Origin: Candidatus Krumholzibacteriota bacterium
Lineage (GTDB): Bacteria; Krumholzibacteriota; Krumholzibacteriia; JAJRXK01
Direction: 5' to 3'
Length of the DNA stretch: 64,000 nt
Assembly: GCA_963806035.1 (NCBI GenBank)
Contig: CAWDWO010000013.1
Span: 64,001-128,000, forward strand
Shown here: positions 10,911 through 20,788 of the stretch, piece by piece
Numbering within the stretch: the stretch's first letter is position 1
How the letters are laid out: the number at the start of each line of letters is the position of its first letter
The notes under the pieces: generated by a model
The model's database searches: none
The model's input: only the letters and a program-made list of their open reading frames with translations
What the model was told of the DNA's origin: nothing
Program-made: the position numbers and the translations under genes

Positions 10911-11552
10911 ATGAAGAAGATGCTTCTCGCCCTCTGCTGCGTGCTTTTGATCGGCGTGCCGCAGTTCGCTTTTGCGCAACAGGCCTTCGACTTTCTGGGT
11001 CAGGCCAACATTCCCACGACCATCGGGAACCCCCTCTCCATGTACAGCGTGGTGCAGGAGGGTTCCGGCCTGGTCGTTCCTCCTCTCCCGTTGGATTTTG
11101 CCAACTACGATTACACGGTCGTGGTCACCGGAGCGAATCTCCTGACGGATACTGGTAATGCCCAGACCTTCGCGGCTGGAGTCATCACCATTTATGAGGA
11201 CAATGCGACGGTTGCGGACTACGCCAATCCCGGCACCTTCACCGATGGCACCGCGATTCTTTCCGGGGTCATTTCCGGGCTTTCTCGTTCGGACGTCACT
11301 CTCACCATTCCGCCGTTCGCGCGCCAGATCAGCATTCTGGGCACGGTGGACTGGACCGGGGGAACGCACCTGGACGATCTCGCACCGGCCGACCAGACCA
11401 ACTGGCCCTTCCTCGCGGCTGGGAGTCGTGAGGCCGGCAACGTCGAGCCCGGTTACGACGAACAGTGGGACGGCAAGGTCGAGCCGCGAGAGCCGGTGGT
11501 GGGTTCTGAGTCCACCAGCTTCGGCGGGCTCAAGGCCGGCTTCGACAAGTAG
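10911..11552 (+). CDS. Secreted protein, paralogue of the upstream gene, with C-terminal SFGxLKxxF motif
   Basis: SD AGGAGG, signal peptide (…FAFA-QQ), shares P.TFTDGT..L.G with the upstream protein, C-terminus VGSESTSFGGLKAGFDK. Confidence 0.85.
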   Translation: MKKMLLALCCVLLIGVPQFAFAQQAFDFLGQANIPTTIGNPLSMYSVVQEGSGLVVPPLPLDFANYDYTVVVTGANLLTDTGNAQTFAAGVITIYEDNATVADYANPGTFTDGTAILSGVISGLSRSDVTLTIPPFARQISILGTVDWTGGTHLDDLAPADQTNWPFLAAGSREAGNVEPGYDEQWDGKVEPREPVVGSESTSFGGLKAGFDK

Positions 11553-11605
11553 GAACTCCATGCGCCACGTCGTGCAGCGACGTGGATGGCAGTTCGATCA
11601 GCGTA

Positions 11606-11638
11606 GGGGCCAGTCCAATCGGGCTGGCCTTTCGCTTT
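11606..11638 (+). terminator. Putative intrinsic terminator
   Basis: Stem GGCCAGTCC/GGGCTGGCC (11608-11629) followed by TTTCGCTTT. A second hairpin CCACGTCG/CGACGTGG lies just upstream. Confidence 0.55.
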
Positions 11639-11659
11639 GAGATCTCCTCTATTGTGAGT

Positions 11660-12922
11660 ATGAGACGGCGCGATACCGCATCCTCCTTCCTGTGGCGCGA
11701 AGGACGCGTGCTCCTTTTGCACCGCAAGGAGAGTATGCGCTCCTATCCCGGGCTGTGGTCGGTCATCAGCGGCAGGGTGGAAAGAGGGGAGACGCCGCTG
11801 CAGACGGCGCGGCGCGAAATCCGCGAGGAAACGGGTTATGAAGGGGAGGCCTTGCGTCCTCTGGCCGCCGCCGCGCCCTTCGAAGTCTTCGAGGAAGAGC
11901 GCGATACGCAGTGGAGGGTGCATTCCTTTCTCTGGCTACTGCACTCGAGCCGTCCTCCGTGTCTCAACCAAGAAAACGACGCATTCCGCTGGCAGAAGGA
12001 CCCGCGACTTCCCGAGTTGAAGACGGTGCCCCGCTTGGCGGAGGCTCTGCACTCGCTTTTGCCCAGGCCCATTCCACGATCGCTCGAAGCGGTCGAGAGG
12101 CTGCGCGCCGATCGCGAGCACGGAGCGGCGCAACTCGCCGTCCAGCTCTTGGATGAGTTCGAGGAGATCCTGCCTCTGCTTCACGACTGGCCGCAGCTGG
12201 TGGTCGCGGCAATGAAGTTCGCGAATGCTCGTCCGGCGATGACGCCCCTGGCGAGCCTGAGCTGGCGCTGGCTTGCGGGAATGGGCCCTCTGCAGCTCGA
12301 GCAAGGCTCTCTGCCCCACGCCGCGCCGCTTCGTGCTCAAGAGCGCGAGACTTTGCGCGAGCGAGTGGGCGAGCTGCGCTCCGCCCACCATGATGCTCTC
12401 GCTTTGAGCGCGGCTGCGGGTGCGCATCGCCTGCAGGCCGCTCAGTCAGCGGCAACCTTTTCCTATTCCAGCACGGTGGCGCAGGCCTTCCGTCTGGCCC
12501 TGAAATCCGGCCGCGGCCCACGACGCGTGCTTCTCTCTCACGCCTTGCCCGGAGGGGAGGGGGAGAGCTTCGCCCAGCAGCTCGGTGCGTGGGGATACGA
12601 AGTCGAGCTTCTTTCCGACGAAGAACTCGTGAGGAGGATCGGCGAGGCCGAAGTTCTTCTCTTGGGCGCGGATTCGCTCTTTCCTGACGGCAGCTTCGCC
12701 AACAAGATCGGCAGCGCGCGCCTGGCGGAAGCGGCCAAGGTTCAAGGCGTCGAGGTTCTGGTATGCGCGGACTCCTTCAAGAGGGCCGTCTCGCGCGAGG
12801 ATTTCGCGGCCGAGACCATTGACGACGGCAGCGGGCAGAGCCCGCTGTTTGAAATCGTGGCATCCTCCCTGGTCGATGTGGTGTTGGATGAGTTCACACC
12901 AGACGCGGATCGCGCGATTTGA
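11660..12922 (+). CDS. NUDIX hydrolase fused to eIF-2B alpha/beta/delta-like (pentose-phosphate isomerase-like) domain
   Basis: N-terminal SGRVERGETPLQTARREIREETG Nudix box. C-terminal DREHGA, RPAM, TFSYSSTV, LLGAD and NKIGS motifs of the IF-2B family. Confidence 0.82.
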   Translation: MRRRDTASSFLWREGRVLLLHRKESMRSYPGLWSVISGRVERGETPLQTARREIREETGYEGEALRPLAAAAPFEVFEEERDTQWRVHSFLWLLHSSRPPCLNQENDAFRWQKDPRLPELKTVPRLAEALHSLLPRPIPRSLEAVERLRADREHGAAQLAVQLLDEFEEILPLLHDWPQLVVAAMKFANARPAMTPLASLSWRWLAGMGPLQLEQGSLPHAAPLRAQERETLRERVGELRSAHHDALALSAAAGAHRLQAAQSAATFSYSSTVAQAFRLALKSGRGPRRVLLSHALPGGEGESFAQQLGAWGYEVELLSDEELVRRIGEAEVLLLGADSLFPDGSFANKIGSARLAEAAKVQGVEVLVCADSFKRAVSREDFAAETIDDGSGQSPLFEIVASSLVDVVLDEFTPDADRAI

Positions 12923-12938
12923 GCCGGAGGACTATTTT

Positions 12939-14117
12939 GTGCCCGCCATGAATGATGCCGAGCTGATCTATCTCGACAACAACGCCACCACGCGCCCCGA
13001 TCCGAGAGTCATCGAGGCGATGATCCCGCTCTATCGCGAGAAATGGGGCAATCCCGGCAGCCATCATCGCCGCGGCGACGAGGTCGCCGCGCTCCTGCGC
13101 AAGGCGCGTCGCCAGGTGGCCTCCGCTTTCGGATTCTCTCCCCGCGAGGTGATTTTCACCGCGGGCGGTACCGAGGCCGATGTCCTGGCCCTGCGCGGGG
13201 TGGTTCTCGCGGCGGATAGACCGCGCCATCTCGTGGTCTCTAGCATCGAACATCCCGCGGTCCTCACCACGGCCGAACAACTTCAGAGCGAAGGAGTCTG
13301 CGAACTCTCGCGGCTTCAGGTCGACGGCGAAGGACGCGTGGATCCGGCGCAATTACAAGAAGTGTTGAAAGCGCACACGGTTCTGGTGAGCGTGATGAGC
13401 GCCAACAACGAGACGGGCGTGATTCAGCCCATCCAAGAGCTCGCGGAGATCGCGCACGCCGCTGGCGCTCGCTTTCACACCGACGCAGTCCAGGCCGTGG
13501 GCAAGATCCCCCTGGACGAAATCGCGGCCCAGATCGATCTACTTTCTTTCAGCGCGCACAAATTCCACGGCCCCAAGGGCACGGGAGCTCTCCTGGTGCG
13601 CGACGGCGTCCCCTTCTACTCGCAACTGAAGGCCGGCGGACAGGAGGGTGGAAGACGCGGGGGCACCGAGAATCCGGCCGGCATCATCGGCCTGGCCACT
13701 GCCCTGGAGCTCGCCCTCTCACTCATGGAGGAGGCGGCGAGCCGGATGAAGACTCTGCGCGAACACCTGGAATCCGGCCTCGAGGCGAGTGTAGAAAGCC
13801 TCGAAATCACCTCGAAGGCCGCCGAACGAACCTGCAACACCACCCACTTCACCGTGGAGCAGATGGAAGCGGGGGCTCTGCTGACACTCTTGGACGAGGC
13901 GGGAATCGCGTGCTCGGCCGGCTCCGCCTGCAGCACCGGCAGCCTGAAACCCAGTCACGTCCTTCTGGCGCAGGGCCTGGCCCCAAAGCGGCTGCACGGC
14001 GCGCTGCGGCTCTCGCTCAGCCGCGAGACGACCCGTGAAGAAATCGATCGAGTGCTGGAGCTTTTGCCGCCCATGGCAGAGAGACTTCGCAGCTTGAGCA
14101 CGGGGGGCATGGGATGA
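12939..14117 (+). CDS. iscS: Cysteine desulfurase (IscS/NifS family)
   Basis: IYLDNNATT, GNPGS, HTDAVQA, PLP lysine in SAHKFHGPKG, catalytic Cys in SAGSACS. GTG start after GGAGG (alternative ATG at 12948). Confidence 0.93.
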   Translation: MPAMNDAELIYLDNNATTRPDPRVIEAMIPLYREKWGNPGSHHRRGDEVAALLRKARRQVASAFGFSPREVIFTAGGTEADVLALRGVVLAADRPRHLVVSSIEHPAVLTTAEQLQSEGVCELSRLQVDGEGRVDPAQLQEVLKAHTVLVSVMSANNETGVIQPIQELAEIAHAAGARFHTDAVQAVGKIPLDEIAAQIDLLSFSAHKFHGPKGTGALLVRDGVPFYSQLKAGGQEGGRRGGTENPAGIIGLATALELALSLMEEAASRMKTLREHLESGLEASVESLEITSKAAERTCNTTHFTVEQMEAGALLTLLDEAGIACSAGSACSTGSLKPSHVLLAQGLAPKRLHGALRLSLSRETTREEIDRVLELLPPMAERLRSLSTGGMG

Positions 14118-17100
14118 AGGCGGGCGCACCAGCCGCCAGCGAACTCTCTCTGGATTCGCTCGAGCGCATCCTCTCGATTCGCGGTCTTCAGTCCTGGTTC
14201 GACGGGACATGGAAGGAGACCGGAGCGGAAAGCTGGGCGGCCAGCGGGATACAGGGCAGTGCTCTGTCCTGTCTTCTGAGCGCGCTCTACTCGCGACGAA
14301 AGAGCCAGTGGTTGATCGTGGCTTCCGGGTTGGAGGAAGCGGAGGCGATCTGCGACGACCTGGAGATCCTGAGCCGCGCGCCGGTCACCTATCTTCCCGA
14401 ACTGGAAATTCTGCCCTTCGACCGCCGCTCGCCCACCCGCGAGATCCTCGCCACCGTTCAATCCGGCCTGCACACCCTGGACACGGGTGCTCCGGGATTC
14501 TTCGTGACCACGATCTACGGCCTGCGGCACAAGGTGATGTCGCCCGCCCGGCTGCGCCATTATCGCCTCGTTCTACGTCGCGGTGAGAGCGTGGATACCG
14601 ACGCCCTGCAGGAGAAGCTGGCCGCGCTCGGCTACCGTCCCGCCGGCCTGGTGGAAACTCCCGGTGACGTGGCGCTGCGCGGGGGGATCATCGACGTCTT
14701 CAGCCCGGGCCAGGAATATCCGGTGCGCATGGAGTTCTTCGGCGACGAGCTGGAGAGCATCCGGAGCTTCGAGACGGCCGACCAACGCTCCACCGGTGAA
14801 CTGCAGAGCGTCACCATTCTTCCCTCCGGTCCCTTCGTGATGGATGACGATACGCTGCTTGAGGCGCTGGCGCGCGTGGAGTCGATGGAGGAGTTCTCCC
14901 CAGACGATCGAACCCACCTCATCGAGAAACTCCAGGACAGATTGCACTTTGCCGGAATGGAGAGTCTCGCCCCCTTCTTCCACGAGCAGGCCACGCTCCT
15001 CTCGTACCTGAAACCCGACGCCCCCGTCGTCTTCGTCTCCCCGGACGATCTGGGCAAGAGAAGCGAAGAGCTGGATCGCGAGACCCGGCGAGTGCGCGGT
15101 GACCGGCTTGCCCACGGCGATCCGGTTCCCGCGGCGAAAGAGCTCATGGCCACGCTCGAGGAACTAGAGGCCGAGCTCGAGGAGCGGTCGCGGCTGTGGC
15201 TGGGGGAGATCGTGCTCGCCGGCAGCACGAAGGCGCCTCTTTCCCCGCCGGCGGATCGCCAGACTCTGCAAATGAACACGCGCAGCCAGGAGCGCGGCAA
15301 GGGCGAGGTGCAGAAGCTGCTTCAGGAAAGCTCGGCGCTGGCGAAGAACGGACAGGACGTATTTCTGTTCTGCGGCAATCGCGGCCAGACCGAGCGCATG
15401 GGCGAGCTCTTCGAGGAATTCGATCCCGAGCGGAGCTTCGCGCGGCCGCAGCTGCGCGTGGGCAGTCTGCGCGCGGGCTTCAGCTGGCCCGAGGCCAAGC
15501 TGGCCATCTTCACCGACCACGAGTTCTTCGATCGCTACCGGCGGCCGGCGCGCCGGCCTCGTTTCCACGGCACCGCGCGGGTCAAGGATCCCAAGACTCT
15601 CCACTCGGGTGATTTCGTGGTGCATGCGGAGCACGGCATCGGTCGCTATCTGGGTTTGCGCAAGCTCACGGTGGAGGGCGTCGAGAACGAGTTCTTGCTG
15701 CTCGAATACGCGGACAAGGACCGCCTCTACCTTCCCACCGACAAGCTCTTGCTCCTGGAGAGATACGAGGTCGGCGAGAGCGGCGAGCCCACCCTGCACA
15801 AATTGGGCTCCGGTCAGTGGGAGCGTACTCGCACGCGGGCACGCAAGGCGATTCGCGCCATGGCGCAGGAACTTCTCTCGCTCTACGCGGCCCGCAGCTC
15901 CCTTCCTGGCCACGCATTCGGAGAGGACACCCACCTGCAACAGGAGATGGAGGCCTCCTTCCTCCACGAAGAGACCAAGGACCAACTCAGTGCCGTCGAG
16001 GCGGTGAAGAAGGACATGGAATCCCCGCGCCCCATGGATCGTCTGGTCTGCGGCGACGTCGGATTCGGAAAGACCGAAGTCGCGATGAGAGCCGCCTTCA
16101 AGGCGGTGATGGGCGGCATGCAGGTCGCGGTCCTGTGTCCCACCACCATCCTCGCCGAGCAGCACGGGGAGACCTTTTCGCAGCGGATGCGCGAGTTTCC
16201 CGTGCGCATCGAAGTCCTGAGCCGCTTCAAGTCGCGCAAGGAACAGAAGGAGACGCTGAAGAGACTGCTCAAAGGAGAGATCGACATTCTGGTGGGAACC
16301 CATCGGATCTTGGGCCGCGACGTGAAGTTCGCGAAGCTGGGACTCTTGGTGGTGGACGAGGAACAGAGATTCGGGGTGCGGCACAAGGAGAGACTCAAGG
16401 AGATGCGCAAGCAGGTGGACGTGATGGCGCTCTCGGCCACTCCCATCCCGCGTACTCTCTACCTATCTCTCATGGGAGCCCGCGACATGTCCATCATCGC
16501 GACTCCTCCGCGCGATCGACTTCCCATTCATACCGAAGTGGTGCCCTATCGCGAGGACGTCATCGAAGAGGCCATTCTGCGCGAGATGCACCGCGGCGGG
16601 CAGGTGTTCTTCGTGCACAACCGGGTGGAGACGATCGATGCCATGGCGGAAGTCGTGGGACGCATCGTCCCCCACGCCCGCATCGCGATCGCCCACGGCC
16701 AGATGAAGGAGGCTCAGCTCGAGCAGATCATGCGCGATTTTTTGGCGCGCAAGTACGACGTCCTGGTGACGACGATGATCATCGAGAGTGGTCTGGACAT
16801 GCCGAACGTGAATACCATTCTCATCGACCGCGCCGATCGCCTGGGACTGAGTCAGCTGTACCAGTTGCGGGGCCGCGTCGGCCGCAGCCGGCATCTGGCC
16901 TACGCGCACCTCATGACTCCCTCGGGGACGACCCTCGCGCCCGACGCGCGCAAGCGTCTGGCCGCGATCCAGGAGTACACCGACCTGGGCAGCGGTTATC
17001 GTGTCGCGATGCGCGATTTGGAAATCCGTGGGGCGGGCAACATCCTGGGAGAGGCCCAGCACGGCCACATCGCGAGCATCGGTTTCGATCTCTACTGCAA

Positions 17101-17596
17101 GCTCCTCGAGGAGGAGATTTTGGATCTCAAGGGCGAGGGATTGCCCCGCCTGCACGACATCAAGGTGGAGCTGCAAGTGGGGGCCTATCTTCCCGACGAG
17201 TATTTGCCCGAACCCGAGGAGCGGATCCGCTGGTATCGCGATTTGGGCCGCGTCGGTGACGAGGAGGAGCTGGATTTTCTGGCCGAAGAGCTGCGCGATC
17301 GCTTCGGTCCACCGCCCGAACCTACCAAGAACCTGCTGGATATCACGCGAATCAAGCTCCGGGCGCTGCGGGCCGGGATCGAGGACGTGAGGCGCGTTCG
17401 CCGGGGCGTGCGCATGCTTTTTGGTGGCGGGACGAAGCCAAACGCCTCTATTCTTAACAACTTGGCCGGAACCCAAATGCCGCGCTTGGCGTTCAACGCC
17501 GTGGATCGACTGGAAATGACCGTCGAGGCGTCGCGGGAAGACTCTCTGGTGGCATCCTTGGTCGTGCTGGAAAAGCTCGCCGAATCCGAAAATTGA
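14114..17596 (+). CDS. mfd: Transcription-repair coupling factor
   Basis: GDFVVHAEHGIGRY (CarD-like RID), CGDVGFGKTEVA, DEEQRFGV, SATPIPRTL, QLRGRVGRS, DLEIRGAGNILG. Confidence 0.97.
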   Translation: MKAGAPAASELSLDSLERILSIRGLQSWFDGTWKETGAESWAASGIQGSALSCLLSALYSRRKSQWLIVASGLEEAEAICDDLEILSRAPVTYLPELEILPFDRRSPTREILATVQSGLHTLDTGAPGFFVTTIYGLRHKVMSPARLRHYRLVLRRGESVDTDALQEKLAALGYRPAGLVETPGDVALRGGIIDVFSPGQEYPVRMEFFGDELESIRSFETADQRSTGELQSVTILPSGPFVMDDDTLLEALARVESMEEFSPDDRTHLIEKLQDRLHFAGMESLAPFFHEQATLLSYLKPDAPVVFVSPDDLGKRSEELDRETRRVRGDRLAHGDPVPAAKELMATLEELEAELEERSRLWLGEIVLAGSTKAPLSPPADRQTLQMNTRSQERGKGEVQKLLQESSALAKNGQDVFLFCGNRGQTERMGELFEEFDPERSFARPQLRVGSLRAGFSWPEAKLAIFTDHEFFDRYRRPARRPRFHGTARVKDPKTLHSGDFVVHAEHGIGRYLGLRKLTVEGVENEFLLLEYADKDRLYLPTDKLLLLERYEVGESGEPTLHKLGSGQWERTRTRARKAIRAMAQELLSLYAARSSLPGHAFGEDTHLQQEMEASFLHEETKDQLSAVEAVKKDMESPRPMDRLVCGDVGFGKTEVAMRAAFKAVMGGMQVAVLCPTTILAEQHGETFSQRMREFPVRIEVLSRFKSRKEQKETLKRLLKGEIDILVGTHRILGRDVKFAKLGLLVVDEEQRFGVRHKERLKEMRKQVDVMALSATPIPRTLYLSLMGARDMSIIATPPRDRLPIHTEVVPYREDVIEEAILREMHRGGQVFFVHNRVETIDAMAEVVGRIVPHARIAIAHGQMKEAQLEQIMRDFLARKYDVLVTTMIIESGLDMPNVNTILIDRADRLGLSQLYQLRGRVGRSRHLAYAHLMTPSGTTLAPDARKRLAAIQEYTDLGSGYRVAMRDLEIRGAGNILGEAQHGHIASIGFDLYCKLLEEEILDLKGEGLPRLHDIKVELQVGAYLPDEYLPEPEERIRWYRDLGRVGDEEELDFLAEELRDRFGPPPEPTKNLLDITRIKLRALRAGIEDVRRVRRGVRMLFGGGTKPNASILNNLAGTQMPRLAFNAVDRLEMTVEASREDSLVASLVVLEKLAESEN

Positions 17597-17634
17597 CCTC
17601 AGACATTCACGGGGATTTCCTCGAGGAGATGGAA

Positions 17635-19398
17635 ATGGTTTCTCTCGTATCACACACCTCGCGCCGAGGCAGACTCGCGCTCTTTCTACCGATTCTCCTG
17701 GCCCTCTTTCTCGCCGCCTGCGGCAGTACGGATCACGAGAAGATTCCCTTGGCAAAGATCGGGGATGACACGATCACGCTCGCGCAGTTCGAGAGAAAAG
17801 TGAATTCGATGAATCCCAAGTACGTGCCCGACGACATCATGACCAAACAGGGTCAACTCGATTTCCTCGACGCCATGATCAACAAGCGAGTGATGGAGAG
17901 GAAGGGAGACGAGCTGGGATACGCTGAGGATCCCAGCATGAAGCAGACCCTGGAACTCATTCGGCAGAATGCGGCCATGCGACTCATGAAGTCGGAGCTG
18001 GTGAAGGACACCAGCGAGGTCACACCCGAAGAGATGCAGGCCTATTACAAGAACTTCTGCCGTGTCCTGCTGATCTCCTACATGGTCTTCGACACCCAGG
18101 AAGAAGCCGAGAAGGCGCGGAACCTGGTTCTGGGTGGCGAAAGATGGGCGGACGTCGCCGGACGCATGGATTCGGGGGATCCCGGGCCCAGCGGGGATTG
18201 GACTGCCTCCTTGCGCTACGGAACGGTTCCGGATGACGTCGAGCAAGCCGCTTTCGAGTTGAAGCCCCACGAACTCAGCCAGCCGATCCACAACGCCGCC
18301 GGCTACTTCCTCATCAGGCTGGAGGGGGAGACCAAGGACCAGAAGGTGCTTCCCTTCGATCAGATGAAGGACAAGATCCGTCAGAGCGTTCACGACCAGG
18401 CCATGAATCTGGCCACCATCAAGTTCAACGAGGAAGTGCTCGCGAAACACAACTTCAAGTTGAACGAGGATGTCCTGACGATTCTCTATCACGCCCTTCC
18501 CAAGGACAAACCCGTGCTCCCCGTTCCTCCCAAGGAGGAGTGGCCGGATCTGAATATTCAGCCCGGCGACATGAACAAAGTTCTGATGAGTTGGGACGGA
18601 GATAGCTGGGATCTGCGGCGTTTCTACGATTACTACAAGGCGACAGCTTGGTTGGGCCGTCCCCGCCGCGACAAGCGTCTGGGCGGTCTGCGGAGCTTCG
18701 TGACGCAAATCGCGAGCAAGGCGATCATGCCGATCGAGGCCAAGGAGCGCGGCTTCTATGACCGGCCGCAGATCAACGATCTGGTGCGCTCCCGCAAGCA
18801 ACAGATGGTCGTCACCAAGCTCCACCACGACCTGATTTCGCCCGACGTGAAGCCCACCGATGAGCAGTACCAAAAGTACTGGGACGAGCACAAAGAGGAG
18901 TATCAGAAGCCTCCCTTCCACGAGGGAGTCGTGCTCGTGAACCACGACGAGGCAAAGATCCGCACCGCGCGCAAGGAAGCCACCAAGCAGGGCGATTGGA
19001 GCGATCTGGTCGAGAAGTACGGGGAGGAATCCCTGATGCCCAAGGACAAGGGCGCTCATTTCGGGCCGGTCGCCCAGGTCAACATCAATCCGCGCACCCC
19101 CCTGCTGTGGCAGCAGAAGGAAATCGGAGAGATCTGCGATCCCATGCAACTGAGTGATGGCACCTGGGGAATCGGACGTCTCGACAAGATCCAACCGGCC
19201 CAAGAGGTCGCTCTCAAGGATGTGTTCGCCAACGTGCGTCAAAAGGTCGAGGCCGAGGTTTCCGAGCAGATTTTCCAGGAAAAGGTGGGGGCCTGGCGCA
19301 AGGAGTATGGCGTCAAGACCTTCCCGGAGAACCTGAAGAAGGCGGTGCTCAAGCCGAAGACCGCTAGCGGAGAGGCGTCTGGGGAAGAGGTTTCATGA
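17635..19398 (+). CDS. PpiC/parvulin-type peptidyl-prolyl isomerase lipoprotein (foldase)
   Basis: Lipobox LAAC, SurA-like N-terminus (IT...FLDAMINK), two rotamase-like repeats. ATG 6 nt after GAGGAG. Confidence 0.78.
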   Translation: MVSLVSHTSRRGRLALFLPILLALFLAACGSTDHEKIPLAKIGDDTITLAQFERKVNSMNPKYVPDDIMTKQGQLDFLDAMINKRVMERKGDELGYAEDPSMKQTLELIRQNAAMRLMKSELVKDTSEVTPEEMQAYYKNFCRVLLISYMVFDTQEEAEKARNLVLGGERWADVAGRMDSGDPGPSGDWTASLRYGTVPDDVEQAAFELKPHELSQPIHNAAGYFLIRLEGETKDQKVLPFDQMKDKIRQSVHDQAMNLATIKFNEEVLAKHNFKLNEDVLTILYHALPKDKPVLPVPPKEEWPDLNIQPGDMNKVLMSWDGDSWDLRRFYDYYKATAWLGRPRRDKRLGGLRSFVTQIASKAIMPIEAKERGFYDRPQINDLVRSRKQQMVVTKLHHDLISPDVKPTDEQYQKYWDEHKEEYQKPPFHEGVVLVNHDEAKIRTARKEATKQGDWSDLVEKYGEESLMPKDKGAHFGPVAQVNINPRTPLLWQQKEIGEICDPMQLSDGTWGIGRLDKIQPAQEVALKDVFANVRQKVEAEVSEQIFQEKVGAWRKEYGVKTFPENLKKAVLKPKTASGEASGEEVS

Positions 19399-20726
19399 TC
19401 ACCGATCCGCATCGTTTCCTGCGCCAGTGGGGCCTTTCGTCGTGCCTGCTGTTGCTTCTGGCTCTTAGCCTGAAGGCGATTCCCGCGTGCGCTCAGGGTC
19501 CCGAGTTGGTGGACCGTATCGTGGCGGTGGTGGACGACGAGGCCATTCTGGCCAGCGATCTGCAGCGAGAGGTGGAATCGTACAAATTCGATCAATCCCA
19601 GCAGGGCCAGACCACGAACGAGGACGACGCCACGATTCGCAAGGAGATGCTGGACCGGCTCATCGACGTGAAACTGCTGGTGGCGCAGGCCAAGTTGGAT
19701 GGCATCGAGGTGAAGGACGAGGAGGTCGACCAGGCGGTGGCGCGCAGTCTGGACGACATCATCTCGCGCTTCGGCACCAAAGCGGAGTTGGTGAAGGAGC
19801 TGGCCCGCAATGGAATGACCTTCGACGATCTGCAGGCGCGCAACCGCGACCTCATCCGCAACCGGCTCTACACCAGCCGCATGATCTCCACTCACATTCG
19901 CCCGCTCATCGAGGTGCGCGAAGACGAAGTGCGCGCGTTCTACAAAGATCATCTCGATGAGGTGCCTCATTCGCCCGAAACCATCACGGTTTCCAACGTT
20001 CTGGTCGTTCCTCAGCCCGAGGAGAAAGCCCAGAAAGCACTGACGGCCAAGCTGGATGCCATTCATGCCGCATTCGACGCGGGCAAGAGCTTCGAGGATG
20101 TCGCGAAGCAATACTCCGAAGGTCCCAACGCCAAGAATGGCGGACTCCTGGGTTCCTTCAACAAGGGCGATCTCTTCCATCCCGTGCTCGAAGAGATGGC
20201 CTGGTCCCTTCCGGTGGGGAAGGTTTCCGATCCGGTGACCACCGAGCTCGGAGTGCACATTCTGAAAGTGGTGGAGCGCACCGACACCAAGGTGACCCTG
20301 CGCCAGATTCTCCTGCGGGTCCCCATTACCGACGCGGACTGGGCGAGGGCCAAGGACCGGGCGGAGGAGGTCTACCAGAAGGCCGCGGCAGGCCAGGATT
20401 TCACCACGCTGGTTGAGAATTATTCGGACGATCCCAACAGCCGGCAGAAGAACGGCCTCCTGGGCACTTTCCCCCTGGAAAAGTTGACGCCGGCCTTCCG
20501 CAACGCCCTGAACGGGCTGAAGCCCGGCGAAGTGGGCAAGCCGGTGAAGGGTACCGCGGGATACTTCGTGCTCCACCTGGATTCCAAGCAACCCGCCCAC
20601 GTGATGTCCTTCGAAGAGGTGAAGGACCAGGTTCACTCCGCGGTCGAGGATCAGAAGATCCAGGCCGAATTGGACAAGTTCTTGAAGGGTTTGCGCAAGA
20701 AATTCTACATCGACGTCAAGATGTGA
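19395..20726 (+). CDS. surA: SurA-like periplasmic chaperone/PPIase
   Basis: Signal peptide, VDRIVAVVDDEAIL, two parvulin domains (FEDVAKQYSEGP..GG.LG; YSDD...G.LG). Confidence 0.88.
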   Translation: MITDPHRFLRQWGLSSCLLLLLALSLKAIPACAQGPELVDRIVAVVDDEAILASDLQREVESYKFDQSQQGQTTNEDDATIRKEMLDRLIDVKLLVAQAKLDGIEVKDEEVDQAVARSLDDIISRFGTKAELVKELARNGMTFDDLQARNRDLIRNRLYTSRMISTHIRPLIEVREDEVRAFYKDHLDEVPHSPETITVSNVLVVPQPEEKAQKALTAKLDAIHAAFDAGKSFEDVAKQYSEGPNAKNGGLLGSFNKGDLFHPVLEEMAWSLPVGKVSDPVTTELGVHILKVVERTDTKVTLRQILLRVPITDADWARAKDRAEEVYQKAAAGQDFTTLVENYSDDPNSRQKNGLLGTFPLEKLTPAFRNALNGLKPGEVGKPVKGTAGYFVLHLDSKQPAHVMSFEEVKDQVHSAVEDQKIQAELDKFLKGLRKKFYIDVKM

Positions 20727-20788
20727 TTGCTGGCCTTCTTGTTGCAATGCTGGCCGACAAGGTGTCACTTTGTTGCCAGTAGGACCTC

